This document shows positions 55,199 to 64,000 of a stretch of DNA of 64,000 nt, in pieces; position 1 is the first letter of the stretch; each line of letters begins with the position of its first letter. Position numbers and translations under genes: made by a program. Source of the stretch: Vampirovibrionales bacterium (GTDB lineage: Bacteria; Cyanobacteriota; Vampirovibrionia; Vampirovibrionales; Vampirovibrionaceae); the NCBI GenBank assembly GCA_029262635.1, contig JAJCZA010000029.1, positions 29,938 through 93,937 on the forward strand. The letters run 5' to 3'. Under the pieces are notes generated by a model. The model was not told the origin of the DNA. It ran no database searches and saw only the letters and a program-made list of their open reading frames with translations.

Positions 55199-56605
55199 AT
55201 GGCGGAACAGAAAAGTTTATTTGAACAATTTACAGCCCGAGCCCGGGAAAAACATGCGGCAAGTCTGAACGAGCTGAGTGGTGGAGAGAGCGGTTTGTCC
55301 GAAATAGATCCCTCAGATGAATCAGAACAGGAAACATTAGAATCCACGGAAACAAAAGCTTTGGAGAGAGAGTATTACTCCGTGGGCGAAGTGACCCAGC
55401 ACTTGAAAGACGTGCTGGCCGACGATCCGGTTTTAGGCGGCACCGTTGTTATCCGGGGAGAGCTTTCCAACGTCAGCCGGTCGGCTCGGGGTCATGTGTA
55501 TTTTAGCCTGAAAGACGATGAAGCCAGCATGAAAGGCGTTATTTGGGCGGGTGTAGCGAACAAGTTGAGCTTTGATATGGAAGACGGGCTAGAGGTTTTT
55601 GTGACAGGCTCTATCGATGTTTATGCACCCTACGGTACGTATTCCATTGTGACGAAATCCATTGAGCCGGTTGGGATTGGCGCTATCCAGCTTGCGTATT
55701 TGCAAATCAAGGAAAAATTAGAGAAAGAAGGTCTCTTCAATCTGGAACATAAGCAAGATATTCCGGAATTTCCTCGTCGTATTGGGATTGTCACCTCGGC
55801 CACCGGTGCCGTGATTCACGACATGCTTCGGGTCCTTCGGCGGAAAAACCCCATGGTGGATGTGCTCCTCAGTCCGGTTATTGTTCAGGGCGAAGGAGCG
55901 GCTCAGAGTATTGCCAAGGCCATTGAGGAGCTAAACCACCCGGAGTACAATCTGGATCTACTCATTGTGGGCCGAGGCGGCGGCTCGCTGGAAGATTTAT
56001 TTTGCTTTAGCGAGGAAGTGTCTGTCCGGGCGGTGTTTGATTCCCGGCTACCTGTTGTTACGGGTATTGGCCATGAACCGGATTTTGCCCTATGCGATGC
56101 GGCAGCGGATCACTCGGCTTCAACCCCGACCGCCGCCGCCGAGTACGCTGTTCCTGACTATGAAAAGCTTATTGACGAATTTTACCGACAGCGGGAAGAT
56201 TTACTGGAGGGCATGCAAGATTGGCTGTTGTTCTTCGAACAAACGCTCGATCAACAGGCGACCCAACTGGTGGATCGGTTCCAACGTACTCTGGAACAGG
56301 CTGAAAGCCAGCTTAGCGAACGCCGGGAGCGTCTGTTGTCCGGTATCGAAAAACATCTCCACACCCACGAGCAAAATACGGTTAGGCAAGCAGGAGAACT
56401 GAACGCCTTTAGTCCACTGGAAACTCTGGCGCGAGGGTATGCTGTTGCTTCGGATACGACCGGCAAAATCATTTGTTCCATCAAGGGTGCTACGCTTGGT
56501 GAGGTGTTACGTGTCCAAGTAACGGATGGTGTGATTGAGACCCGTATCGAACAGATTACGAAAAAACAAAAGAAGGAGCCTGATGATGGCGAATACAGAA
56601 GCTGA
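55199..56605 (+). CDS. xseA: exodeoxyribonuclease VII large subunit
   Basis: GELSN....GHVYFSLKD, IGIVTS.TGA..HD, VQGEGA, GRGGGS.EDL, GIGHEPD, TPTAAAE, LARGYA. Confidence 0.96.
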   Translation: MAEQKSLFEQFTARAREKHAASLNELSGGESGLSEIDPSDESEQETLESTETKALEREYYSVGEVTQHLKDVLADDPVLGGTVVIRGELSNVSRSARGHVYFSLKDDEASMKGVIWAGVANKLSFDMEDGLEVFVTGSIDVYAPYGTYSIVTKSIEPVGIGAIQLAYLQIKEKLEKEGLFNLEHKQDIPEFPRRIGIVTSATGAVIHDMLRVLRRKNPMVDVLLSPVIVQGEGAAQSIAKAIEELNHPEYNLDLLIVGRGGGSLEDLFCFSEEVSVRAVFDSRLPVVTGIGHEPDFALCDAAADHSASTPTAAAEYAVPDYEKLIDEFYRQREDLLEGMQDWLLFFEQTLDQQATQLVDRFQRTLEQAESQLSERRERLLSGIEKHLHTHEQNTVRQAGELNAFSPLETLARGYAVASDTTGKIICSIKGATLGEVLRVQVTDGVIETRIEQITKKQKKEPDDGEYRS

Positions 56606-56828
56606 AACCCCCAAATTTTCCGAAGCCTCTAAAGCGTTGGATGAAATTCTAGAGAAATTTAAATCTGGGAATCTTTCATTGGAAGAATCGATTCAACTGT
56701 TCGAAACTGGTGTCAGTCAATTAAAAATCTGCCAAACTGGCCTGACCCAATCTCGGGGTAAGGTGGAGGTGCTAATCAAATCCCTCCAGAAAGACGGCGA
56801 AATTGTTACCGAACCGTTTGAGGCATAA
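56586..56828 (+). CDS. xseB: exodeoxyribonuclease VII small subunit
   Basis: FSEA...L.EI......LSLEESI.LFE.G; AAGGAG RBS; follows xseA. Confidence 0.9.
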   Translation: MANTEAETPKFSEASKALDEILEKFKSGNLSLEESIQLFETGVSQLKICQTGLTQSRGKVEVLIKSLQKDGEIVTEPFEA

Positions 56829-56852
56829 GCGAAATCGAGGATAATTAGACTC

Positions 56853-58334
56853 ATGCGTTATATTTTGGTTTTTGATCACGGTACAACGGGCATTAAAGCT
56901 GTTTTATTGGATAAACAAGGGCAAATAAAGGCCCGAGGCTATACCCAATTCGAACAGATTTATCCCCAGCCCGGTTGGGTTGAGCATGATGCCAATACGT
57001 TGTGGGAAAAATCGCTTCCGGTTGCCGAAGAGGCGCTTAAAGAAGCCGGTGCCAGTTGGCAGGATGTTCAGGCCATTGGCATTACCAATCAACGGGAAAC
57101 TACTATCCTGTGGGACGCTCAATCGGGTCGGCCGGTGCATAATGCTATTGTCTGGCAATGTCGTAGGACCAGTGACTTCACGGACCGCCTTCGGACCGAA
57201 GGGAAAGAGGCTCTTATCCGGGGAAAAACGGGACTGGTCACGGATCCCTATTTTTCCGGTAGCAAAGTCCGCTGGCTGTTAAAAAACGTCCCGGAAGCCC
57301 AGCCTCTGTTGGAGGCAGGTCGGTTGAAATTTGGTACTGTGGATAGCTGGATCATCTGGAATCTAAGCGGGCGAGCCCTTCACGTTACCGACACCTCTAA
57401 TGCCTCTCGAACTCTGCTCTATAATATCCATACTCGTCAATGGGATGAGGAACTGTTGTCCTTATTCGATGTATCCCAATCTATCCTGCCCGAAGTTAAG
57501 CCGTCTAACGTAATTTACGGAATGACGGATCCTGTGCTTACGGGTGGGTGCTCTATTCCCATTGCCGGGGTTATTGGCGATCAGCAGGCCGCCCTGTACG
57601 GGCAAAAATGCTGGGAGGCGGGCACGGCCAAAAGCACTTACGGGACCGGGGCTTTTATTGTGATGAATCTGGGTGAAACGCCAACTACTTCTGCTAAAGG
57701 GCTTTTAACCACGCTTGCTTGTGACACTTCCGGTGAGCCCTCCTATGCGATGGAAGGAGCTATTTTTATGGCTGGAGCCACCATCGAGTGGTTGATTAAA
57801 AGTCTTGGATTAATAGACTCTCCCCAACAGGCCAATGAACTGGCTTTAAGTATTTCCAGTAGTGAGGGTGTCTATTTGGTTCCGGCTTTTGTTGGGCTGG
57901 CGGCTCCTTATTGGCAAGCCGATGCACGAGGAATGATTTTTGGGTTAACTCAAGGCAGTAGTAAAGCCCACATTGCCCGAGCCGCTTATGAGGCAATGGC
58001 TTACCAGACAAGAGAAGTGATTGATATCATGCAGAAAGACGCCAATCTTCAGCTCAGTTCGCTTCGGGTGGATGGTGGGGTGACTCGAAGTGATTGTCTG
58101 ATGCAGTGTTTGGCGGATCAACTGGGGATTCCGGTTCTGCGCACGGATGATGCCGATATTACGGCTAAAGGGACGGGTTATTTGGCAGGATTGGCGACAG
58201 GGTTTTGGGCATCGCCGGAGGAGATCCTTTCTTTGCCTGACAAAACCGAAAAGTTTCATCCCCGACTCTCTGAGAGGGAAAGAGAGCAAAATTATCAAGA
58301 CTGGCTTAATGCGGTCAAACGGGTTTTGATTTAA
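56853..58334 (+). CDS. glpK: glycerol kinase
   Basis: DHGTT, PQPGWVEHD, GITNQRET, AIVWQCRRT, NASRT, GDQQAAL, KSTYGTG, VDGG. Confidence 0.94.
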   Translation: MRYILVFDHGTTGIKAVLLDKQGQIKARGYTQFEQIYPQPGWVEHDANTLWEKSLPVAEEALKEAGASWQDVQAIGITNQRETTILWDAQSGRPVHNAIVWQCRRTSDFTDRLRTEGKEALIRGKTGLVTDPYFSGSKVRWLLKNVPEAQPLLEAGRLKFGTVDSWIIWNLSGRALHVTDTSNASRTLLYNIHTRQWDEELLSLFDVSQSILPEVKPSNVIYGMTDPVLTGGCSIPIAGVIGDQQAALYGQKCWEAGTAKSTYGTGAFIVMNLGETPTTSAKGLLTTLACDTSGEPSYAMEGAIFMAGATIEWLIKSLGLIDSPQQANELALSISSSEGVYLVPAFVGLAAPYWQADARGMIFGLTQGSSKAHIARAAYEAMAYQTREVIDIMQKDANLQLSSLRVDGGVTRSDCLMQCLADQLGIPVLRTDDADITAKGTGYLAGLATGFWASPEEILSLPDKTEKFHPRLSEREREQNYQDWLNAVKRVLI

Positions 58335-58346
58335 AAAGTGGCTGGA

Positions 58347-58450
58347 TGGTGAAACGCTCCTCTTTGGGAGGAAGAGTTATATCTTATAAAAAGGTTTTAA
58401 TATGGGAAAGATTGGTGAAACGCTCCTTTTTAGGAGGAAGAGTGATATCT
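58347..58450. repeat. two 38-bp direct repeats with a 66-bp period
   Basis: 58347-58384 and 58413-58450, three mismatches. Confidence 0.85.
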
Positions 58451-58932
58451 GGATATAATTTTTCTATCATTCCTTCCCCAATGGGTCTTAACCAATATGA
58501 TTTTTCTTTGTCATCGCTGCCGAGATAGCAAGGATTACTAGCGTTGTTATGAAGCTGCTCAAAGCCTTTGCTTAACGCCTCAATATTCATTCCCGGAAAA
58601 TCCTTGGCCAACGTTGCCGCAGTGCCATATCCCGGATAATTTTCATCAGGCCGTTTTCGACACAGAAAGGCAACCATCTCTCCCACGGTCAAGGTATCAT
58701 TCCCCTGTTGCCAAACCACCGGGTTACAAATTTCTTTAAACGCATCATCTTTTCGCTTTTGCTCAGCTACCTCTGCTTTAGCCGCCTCAGCCGCCTCAGC
58801 TTTTTGCTTTAATCTATGGTGGATCTCAAAGGCATCGCCTGAAAAACGAGGACTCTGCATATCCTGAGAAACAGGATGATGATTGATTACAGAAGCTTTG
58901 TGAAACAAAACCGAGGGCGTTACTGTAGTCAT
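58384..58932 (-). CDS. hypothetical protein with PRFSG leader
   Basis: AAGGAG RBS; MTTVTPSV...QSPRFSGD. Confidence 0.75.
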   Translation of the reverse strand: MTTVTPSVLFHKASVINHHPVSQDMQSPRFSGDAFEIHHRLKQKAEAAEAAKAEVAEQKRKDDAFKEICNPVVWQQGNDTLTVGEMVAFLCRKRPDENYPGYGTAATLAKDFPGMNIEALSKGFEQLHNNASNPCYLGSDDKEKSYWLRPIGEGMIEKLYPDITLPPKKERFTNLSHIKTFL

Positions 58933-59306
58933 CTGGTACTCCTTTTTTATGAGAGGTTGAATACATCTAAAATGCTAGAGAGTCATAGAAATACTACAAT
59001 GCTAAAATTTCGATAGGAAGGGATCATAACAAAAATTTATAAAAACCCGGCTGAACACTAAAAGATATTCGACCGGTTTAGCTTCTCGATGACATTCTGC
59101 CGGTAAGCGGAGTTGTTCTTGTATTGCAGGATCTTTCAGGGCTGTAAGGATCCGTCTCGTCTCCTATTCTTAATTTTAGATTAACAGAACCCAGGCAAAT
59201 TGCTTTTAGTACTTATAATATAAGTGCCCGGTTCTATAAAATATAAAATTAATCCCAAAGTCGCTTTTAAGGTCTGTTTTAAGCGATAACCCTTTCATGT
59301 GCGTAA

Positions 59307-59338
59307 TACCTGTTGCTCTTGCAACAGGTACTTTTTTT
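59307..59338 (+). terminator. intrinsic terminator-like hairpin with no upstream plus-strand CDS
   Basis: tacctgttgc-tctt-gcaacaggta followed by T7. Confidence 0.65.
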
Positions 59339-59494
59339 AAGGAACAGAGAAGGTAACAAAGAGGTTGAATGATTACGAGGGAGTGAGTGTTATGATGATG
59401 AATGACAAGAAAATTTGTGAAAGTGGTCATGTTTTTCTTGAAAGGCTAAAATAAACCCAATCATCTTATTTTATTTGCTGGAGTATTTTATATT

Positions 59495-61381
59495 ATGAAT
59501 CCTTGCCACACGAAGAATCGCCGTCAACAATGGCTGGCCACATCGATTTGCCTTGTCCTGCTTAGTAGCGCCATTCCTAATGTGTTGGAACAGCCGGCTT
59601 CCGCTCAGGTCCGCCTACGAGGCAACGTGACCCGAACCATGAATCGAGCGAATCGACAATATCAGCTTGGAAAGTGGGAAGAAGCTGAAAAGATTTACAC
59701 GCAATCGGTCAAGCGCTATCCAAATAATAGCTTGAACTGGGCCAATCTCGGTATTGTTCAGGCTGAACTCTTTAAACTGGGTGCTTCGGAGAAAAGCGCT
59801 CAGCGCGCGTTGAAAATCAACCCTAAAAACCCATACGCCCATATTGCCCAAGGTATTGCTTACCGAAATCGGACAGCCTCATCCGATATGACATGGCGTA
59901 ATCAGCGTGGTGAATTGCTTCAAAAAGCAATTAATGAATTCAAGACCGCTTTAAAATATGATCCCAATAACCCGGACGCCTACAATCGGCTTGGCGAAAT
60001 TTACCGTATGCAGGGCCGTATTCAGGAGGCTGACGAGGCATTTACTAAAGCCATTGAACTAGACCCCAAGTTCTCCGAAGCCATTTCTAACAAAGGAACG
60101 ATCGTTAAAGCGACGGGCACGGTGGATGAAGCTATCGCCCTCTATAAAGAGGCTATCAAGCATAATTCCAAAAACTATAAGGCCCATTACCTCCTTGGCG
60201 AAGCTCTTGCCGACAAAGGTCAGTATCACGAGGCTTATAATGCTTTAAACACAGCGCTATACCAGAACAGAAACAGTGAAATCGTCTATACAAAGATGGG
60301 CGATGTTCTGGAGCGGCAAGGGAACGAATCTGCCGCTATTTCCAAGTACCGAGAAGCGATTCGTGTTAAACCAGAGTATGTTCCTGCCTATCAGCATCTG
60401 GCACATCTGTTTGATAATCGGGGTGATGGGGAATTCGCAATGGCGGAACTTAAAAGTGCCCTTAATGCGAACCCGCACCTGACTGATCTTAAGCTGGATT
60501 TAGGTCGTCTGGCTCTTGCTTCGGAGAAACATGATCAGGCTCTACGCTATTATCAGGAAGTTCTCAGCCAGAATCCATCCCACCCGGTTGCTTTGAAAGG
60601 CTTAGCCACCACTTATATGTCTACTGCAGAACAATCGGCGGGTCAAGGCGTTCTCGGCGGGTCGGATAAATATGTGGATGCGGAAATCGCTATTCAGCGA
60701 GCCCTGCAAGCCAATCCTAACGACATCTCCCTTCATCTGGCCATGCTTCAAATCAACCAACTCTCTGGCAAGCCAACCATGGCACAAAAACATCTAGAAT
60801 ATATTACTCAGCATCCGCCTCGCAATGAAGCGGAGCACTTGGCGCAGGCCGAAGCCTTTTTCATGCTGGGGCGTTATCAGGAATCCGATGAGTCTTACCG
60901 GAAATTATTGTCCTATACCGAAAAAGATCTGAACAAACAGCTTATACTGGCTGATACGATGAAGATCAATGGAGATCTGGACATGGCAACAGAAACCTAC
61001 CAGAATATTCTTAGCCGTCAACCTGAGAACTTAAAGGCTCAGCGGGGTGTTCAGCGGGTTCACCGGTTAAAGGAAGAGGCAGGGAAGCAAATTAACCTGG
61101 CTAACGCCTTAAATAGCCGACTCTCAAAGAAGAAACAAAAAACCGCCAAGGATTTCTACTTGGAGTCGGTTAGTATCTACCCTCGCCAGCCGGAAGCCCG
61201 ACTGGAGCTAGCCAAAATCTATAATCGGGAAGACAACTATGGTAAAGCTATTTTCGAATACGAGTCTTACCTCAACTTACTTCCAGAGCTAGAGCCGAAG
61301 AAACGAGACCGGATTGAATCTAAAATATCGAGACTTCGGAAAAAAATGGCTGAACAAACTCAGCCGTTAACGACCCAATAA
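59495..61381 (+). CDS. exported multi-TPR protein
   Basis: Sec-type signal (..ASA/Q) followed by more than 12 TPR-like repeats. Confidence 0.9.
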   Translation: MNPCHTKNRRQQWLATSICLVLLSSAIPNVLEQPASAQVRLRGNVTRTMNRANRQYQLGKWEEAEKIYTQSVKRYPNNSLNWANLGIVQAELFKLGASEKSAQRALKINPKNPYAHIAQGIAYRNRTASSDMTWRNQRGELLQKAINEFKTALKYDPNNPDAYNRLGEIYRMQGRIQEADEAFTKAIELDPKFSEAISNKGTIVKATGTVDEAIALYKEAIKHNSKNYKAHYLLGEALADKGQYHEAYNALNTALYQNRNSEIVYTKMGDVLERQGNESAAISKYREAIRVKPEYVPAYQHLAHLFDNRGDGEFAMAELKSALNANPHLTDLKLDLGRLALASEKHDQALRYYQEVLSQNPSHPVALKGLATTYMSTAEQSAGQGVLGGSDKYVDAEIAIQRALQANPNDISLHLAMLQINQLSGKPTMAQKHLEYITQHPPRNEAEHLAQAEAFFMLGRYQESDESYRKLLSYTEKDLNKQLILADTMKINGDLDMATETYQNILSRQPENLKAQRGVQRVHRLKEEAGKQINLANALNSRLSKKKQKTAKDFYLESVSIYPRQPEARLELAKIYNREDNYGKAIFEYESYLNLLPELEPKKRDRIESKISRLRKKMAEQTQPLTTQ

Positions 61382-61427
61382 TCGATAATGATAACTTGTA
61401 CAGCTGATTTTATTTAATCTAAAAGCT

Positions 61428-61459
61428 AAAATGGATTGTCAGAAATGACAATCCATTTT
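61428..61459. terminator. bidirectional intrinsic terminator
   Basis: aaaatggattgtca-gaaa-tgacaatccatttt between convergent genes. Confidence 0.85.
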
Positions 61460-61488
61460 AATAACGACTCTTGTTTTCGGGACAAGAA

Positions 61489-62988
61489 CTAAAGTTGCGT
61501 GGTAACGGCTTTGACTTCAAGGTAATTATTCAGCACCTCTTTGCCCATCTCTCGTCCCCAACCGGACTGTTTATAACCACCAAACGGCAATGAGGCATCA
61601 AAGACGTTATAGCAGTTTACCCAAACGCTGCCAGCACGAATGCGTCGAGCCAACTTATGTGCCATGCTAATATTTTGAGTCCAGATACCAGCGGCTAAGC
61701 CGTAAATACTGTCGTTAGCGGTGGCCGCAATTTCATCGACATCCGTAAACGGCATAGCCACAACGACAGGTCCAAAGATTTCTTCCTGAACGACTTTCAT
61801 ATTTGCTTTCGTATCCACCAACACTGTGGGTTCAACGAAATATCCGCTATCACCGATGCGCTTACCGCCGGCTTTAGCCACAGCACCTTCTTTCGCTCCT
61901 TCTTCAAGGAAGTTACAGACACGTGCTAGTTGATCATGAGAAACCAACGGACCCATTTGCGCTTGTGGATCTAGTCCGTGGCCAACTCGAATCTTTTTCG
62001 CCCGGGCGGAGACGCCCTCAATGACTTCATCAAAAATGTCCTGATGCACATAGAGGCGAGAACCGGCGCAACAGCATTGACCTTGATTAAAGAAAATTCC
62101 GCTGGCCGCACCTGCAATGGCGGCTTTTAGATTTGCGTCCGGGAAAATAATATTCGGTGATTTGCCACCCAGTTCCAGCGTCAGTTTTTTCAGGTTGCTG
62201 GTGCCTGCGGCTTGAACAATCAATCGACCCACTTCCGTAGAGCCCGTAAAGGCAATTTTATCCACGTCCATATGGGCGGCCAATGGGGCGCCGGTTTCTT
62301 CGCCAAAACCGGTGATAATATTCACGACGCCTTCCGGGAAGCCTGCTTCTTGAACCAGCTCGGCTAAACGGAGTGCTGTAACAGGTGTTTCTTCCGCTGG
62401 CTTAAGTATCACAGTACAGCCGGCGGCCAGAGCGGGTGCTAGTTTCCAGGCCGCCATCAATAGAGGAAAGTTCCAGGGAATAATCTGCCCTACAACCCCA
62501 ACAGGCTCCCGGTGAGTGTAGGAAAGAAACTCGCCACCCGGTGCGGTGGGGACTGAAACCGGAATGGTACTGCCTTCAATTTTGGTGGTCCAGCCAGCCA
62601 TATAGCGGAACATGTCCACGGCCAGCGGCACATCAGCAAATTTGGCCACAGCTAAGGGCTTTCCGTTGTCCATGGTTTCCAGTTCGGCGAACTCGGTCAG
62701 GTGTTGTTCTAAGAGATCCCCGAGCTTCCAGATGAGCTTACCTCGTTCAGAGGAGGTCATCTTGGACCAAGGGCCTTCAAAAGCTTTACGAGCGGCTTTG
62801 ACGGCCAGATCTACATCACCACTGCCACCACGAGCGACCTTGCTAATTACCTGCCCTGTAGCTGGGTTTACCACATCAAAGGTCTGGCCCGATTGAGCCT
62901 CTACCCATTGGCCACCAATAAAAAGTTTATGTGTCCGATTCAGGAACTGATTCGCCTGATCGCTGATGTTATGTTTTTCTGCAGTCAT
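61489..62988 (-). CDS. NAD-dependent aldehyde dehydrogenase
   Basis: IIPWNFP, FTGSTEVG, LELGGKSP, FNQGQCCCAGS, EEIFGP, PFGGYKQSG. Confidence 0.96.
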   Translation of the reverse strand: MTAEKHNISDQANQFLNRTHKLFIGGQWVEAQSGQTFDVVNPATGQVISKVARGGSGDVDLAVKAARKAFEGPWSKMTSSERGKLIWKLGDLLEQHLTEFAELETMDNGKPLAVAKFADVPLAVDMFRYMAGWTTKIEGSTIPVSVPTAPGGEFLSYTHREPVGVVGQIIPWNFPLLMAAWKLAPALAAGCTVILKPAEETPVTALRLAELVQEAGFPEGVVNIITGFGEETGAPLAAHMDVDKIAFTGSTEVGRLIVQAAGTSNLKKLTLELGGKSPNIIFPDANLKAAIAGAASGIFFNQGQCCCAGSRLYVHQDIFDEVIEGVSARAKKIRVGHGLDPQAQMGPLVSHDQLARVCNFLEEGAKEGAVAKAGGKRIGDSGYFVEPTVLVDTKANMKVVQEEIFGPVVVAMPFTDVDEIAATANDSIYGLAAGIWTQNISMAHKLARRIRAGSVWVNCYNVFDASLPFGGYKQSGWGREMGKEVLNNYLEVKAVTTQL

Positions 62989-63098
62989 AGTCATTATCCT
63001 AACAACCCCCAAAGTTACTAATAACGAGCATTATCATATGGATAACTTCCTATAATCAGCCTGTAATGTCAAGAATCTCCAGCATCCCAATCCGGTAG

Positions 63099-63998
63099 TT
63101 AATCGCTTAAAATCCGCTGAGCTATGGCTTCAGCAATCACCTGATTTCCCTGAGGCCCTACATGACACCAGTCAATATAAATTGGTTTGTTTACGTTATC
63201 GAGCGTATGGCCTAAAAAATACACGTGCTCATCCTCTCGTCCGCTGAATCGTTGCTTGGCCGAATGAAATAATTGTTTCTGTGATTTTATCCAGACTGGC
63301 GACGCTTCATTGATAATCGCCTGCTCATGGGGGAAATTGTCAATCGATCGTGTGCCCGAAAACAGGATTGGCTGCCAGAAGAAATAGGTATCAAACCCAT
63401 AAACTGGTTCAAGTGCGTGAACTTGCCTAATTAACTCATCGTAATAATCCAGTGTTAGAACAATATTCGTTTCAATTTTGGGTTCAATTTTCTGATCCCA
63501 TATTTTGGTCTCTGGCGGGTTTAAAAAGCGCTTCAACACTTTTTGGTAATTGGACTTTTTAAACGCATCCAGCAAACTCTCGGTCATTGAAGGTGATTTA
63601 ACCCGAATGTCCAATAATTCCTCAATATGATGAATTCCTCTAGGTTCGCCGGGTGAATAAACCGATGTGTACCCATCATTAGCGCCATCGTAAAAAATAA
63701 CGATATCGGGCCGCTCTCCCAGGGTTAGTCGTTCCAGCAGATAGTTATACTCTTGAGTACTCATGTAGCCGATTTCGCCGAGATTATAGACATCGTACTC
63801 ATCACCCAAAATCGCCTGAAGTTGGGAAGGGATCGTATCCACGTCTGGACTTCCTTCTCCCCACATGGTGGAGCCGCCTAACATGTAGATTTTTTTAGGC
63901 GGCTGTCCAGATTTACTTTTTATTGGCTTAACGGTTCGACGAAGTCCATTCTCGTCAACATTGACGAACTTCCCTGAAACCGGTAGAGAACGCCACAG
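63099..63998 (-). CDS. SGNH/GDSL hydrolase-like protein, 5' end beyond window
   Basis: Frame open to the window edge (..NGLRRT...KIYMLGGST.WG); YDGAND and DWCH motifs. Confidence 0.75.
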   Translation of the reverse strand: MWRSLPVSGKFVNVDENGLRRTVKPIKSKSGQPPKKIYMLGGSTMWGEGSPDVDTIPSQLQAILGDEYDVYNLGEIGYMSTQEYNYLLERLTLGERPDIVIFYDGANDGYTSVYSPGEPRGIHHIEELLDIRVKSPSMTESLLDAFKKSNYQKVLKRFLNPPETKIWDQKIEPKIETNIVLTLDYYDELIRQVHALEPVYGFDTYFFWQPILFSGTRSIDNFPHEQAIINEASPVWIKSQKQLFHSAKQRFSGREDEHVYFLGHTLDNVNKPIYIDWCHVGPQGNQVIAEAIAQRILSD

Positions 63999-64000
63999 GT

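Noticed and set aside
58347-58450. CRISPR-like spacing (38-bp repeat, 28-bp spacer)
   Set aside because: Only two copies, no cas genes or leader, and the repeat is in-frame coding sequence with mostly synonymous differences.

Overview
64 kb of bacterial chromosome with no rRNA, tRNA, transposase, prophage or CRISPR array that I could recognise. It carries housekeeping genes (rnhB, ylqF/rbgA, rplS, tadA, prs, dnaE, nadD, mscL, nrdJ, hemL, lepB-like, xseAB, glpK), a surface-glycan modification set (one GT2, three GT-C-like membrane proteins, three methyltransferases) and c-di-GMP signalling genes. Cyanobacteria-like Prs/HemL/LepB, an unsplit intein-free DnaE, flagellar-regulon parts (FliA-like sigma factor, FlaG, sigma28-type promoters) and no photosynthesis genes suggest a non-photosynthetic cyanobacterial relative such as Vampirovibrionia/Melainabacteria; this taxonomy is inferred. 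The main hidden signal is about 13 otherwise unrelated accessory ORFs that share a polar, non-hydrophobic N-terminal leader ending in x-x-F-[S/K/Q/E/L]?-G. Their cargo includes a subtilase, a caspase-like half-protease, an expanded asparaginase, a prolyl-hydroxylase-like enzyme and hairpin membrane proteins, consistent with a lineage-specific export signal for an effector repertoire. Other notable items: a Clp-N/signal peptidase I fusion, a GH9 protein lacking its DAGD catalytic motif, an unannotated 45-aa microprotein that copies its neighbour's N-terminal domain, a short element found just 3' of three genes, and several sRNA candidates. All calls come from reading the sequence by eye; no searches were run.
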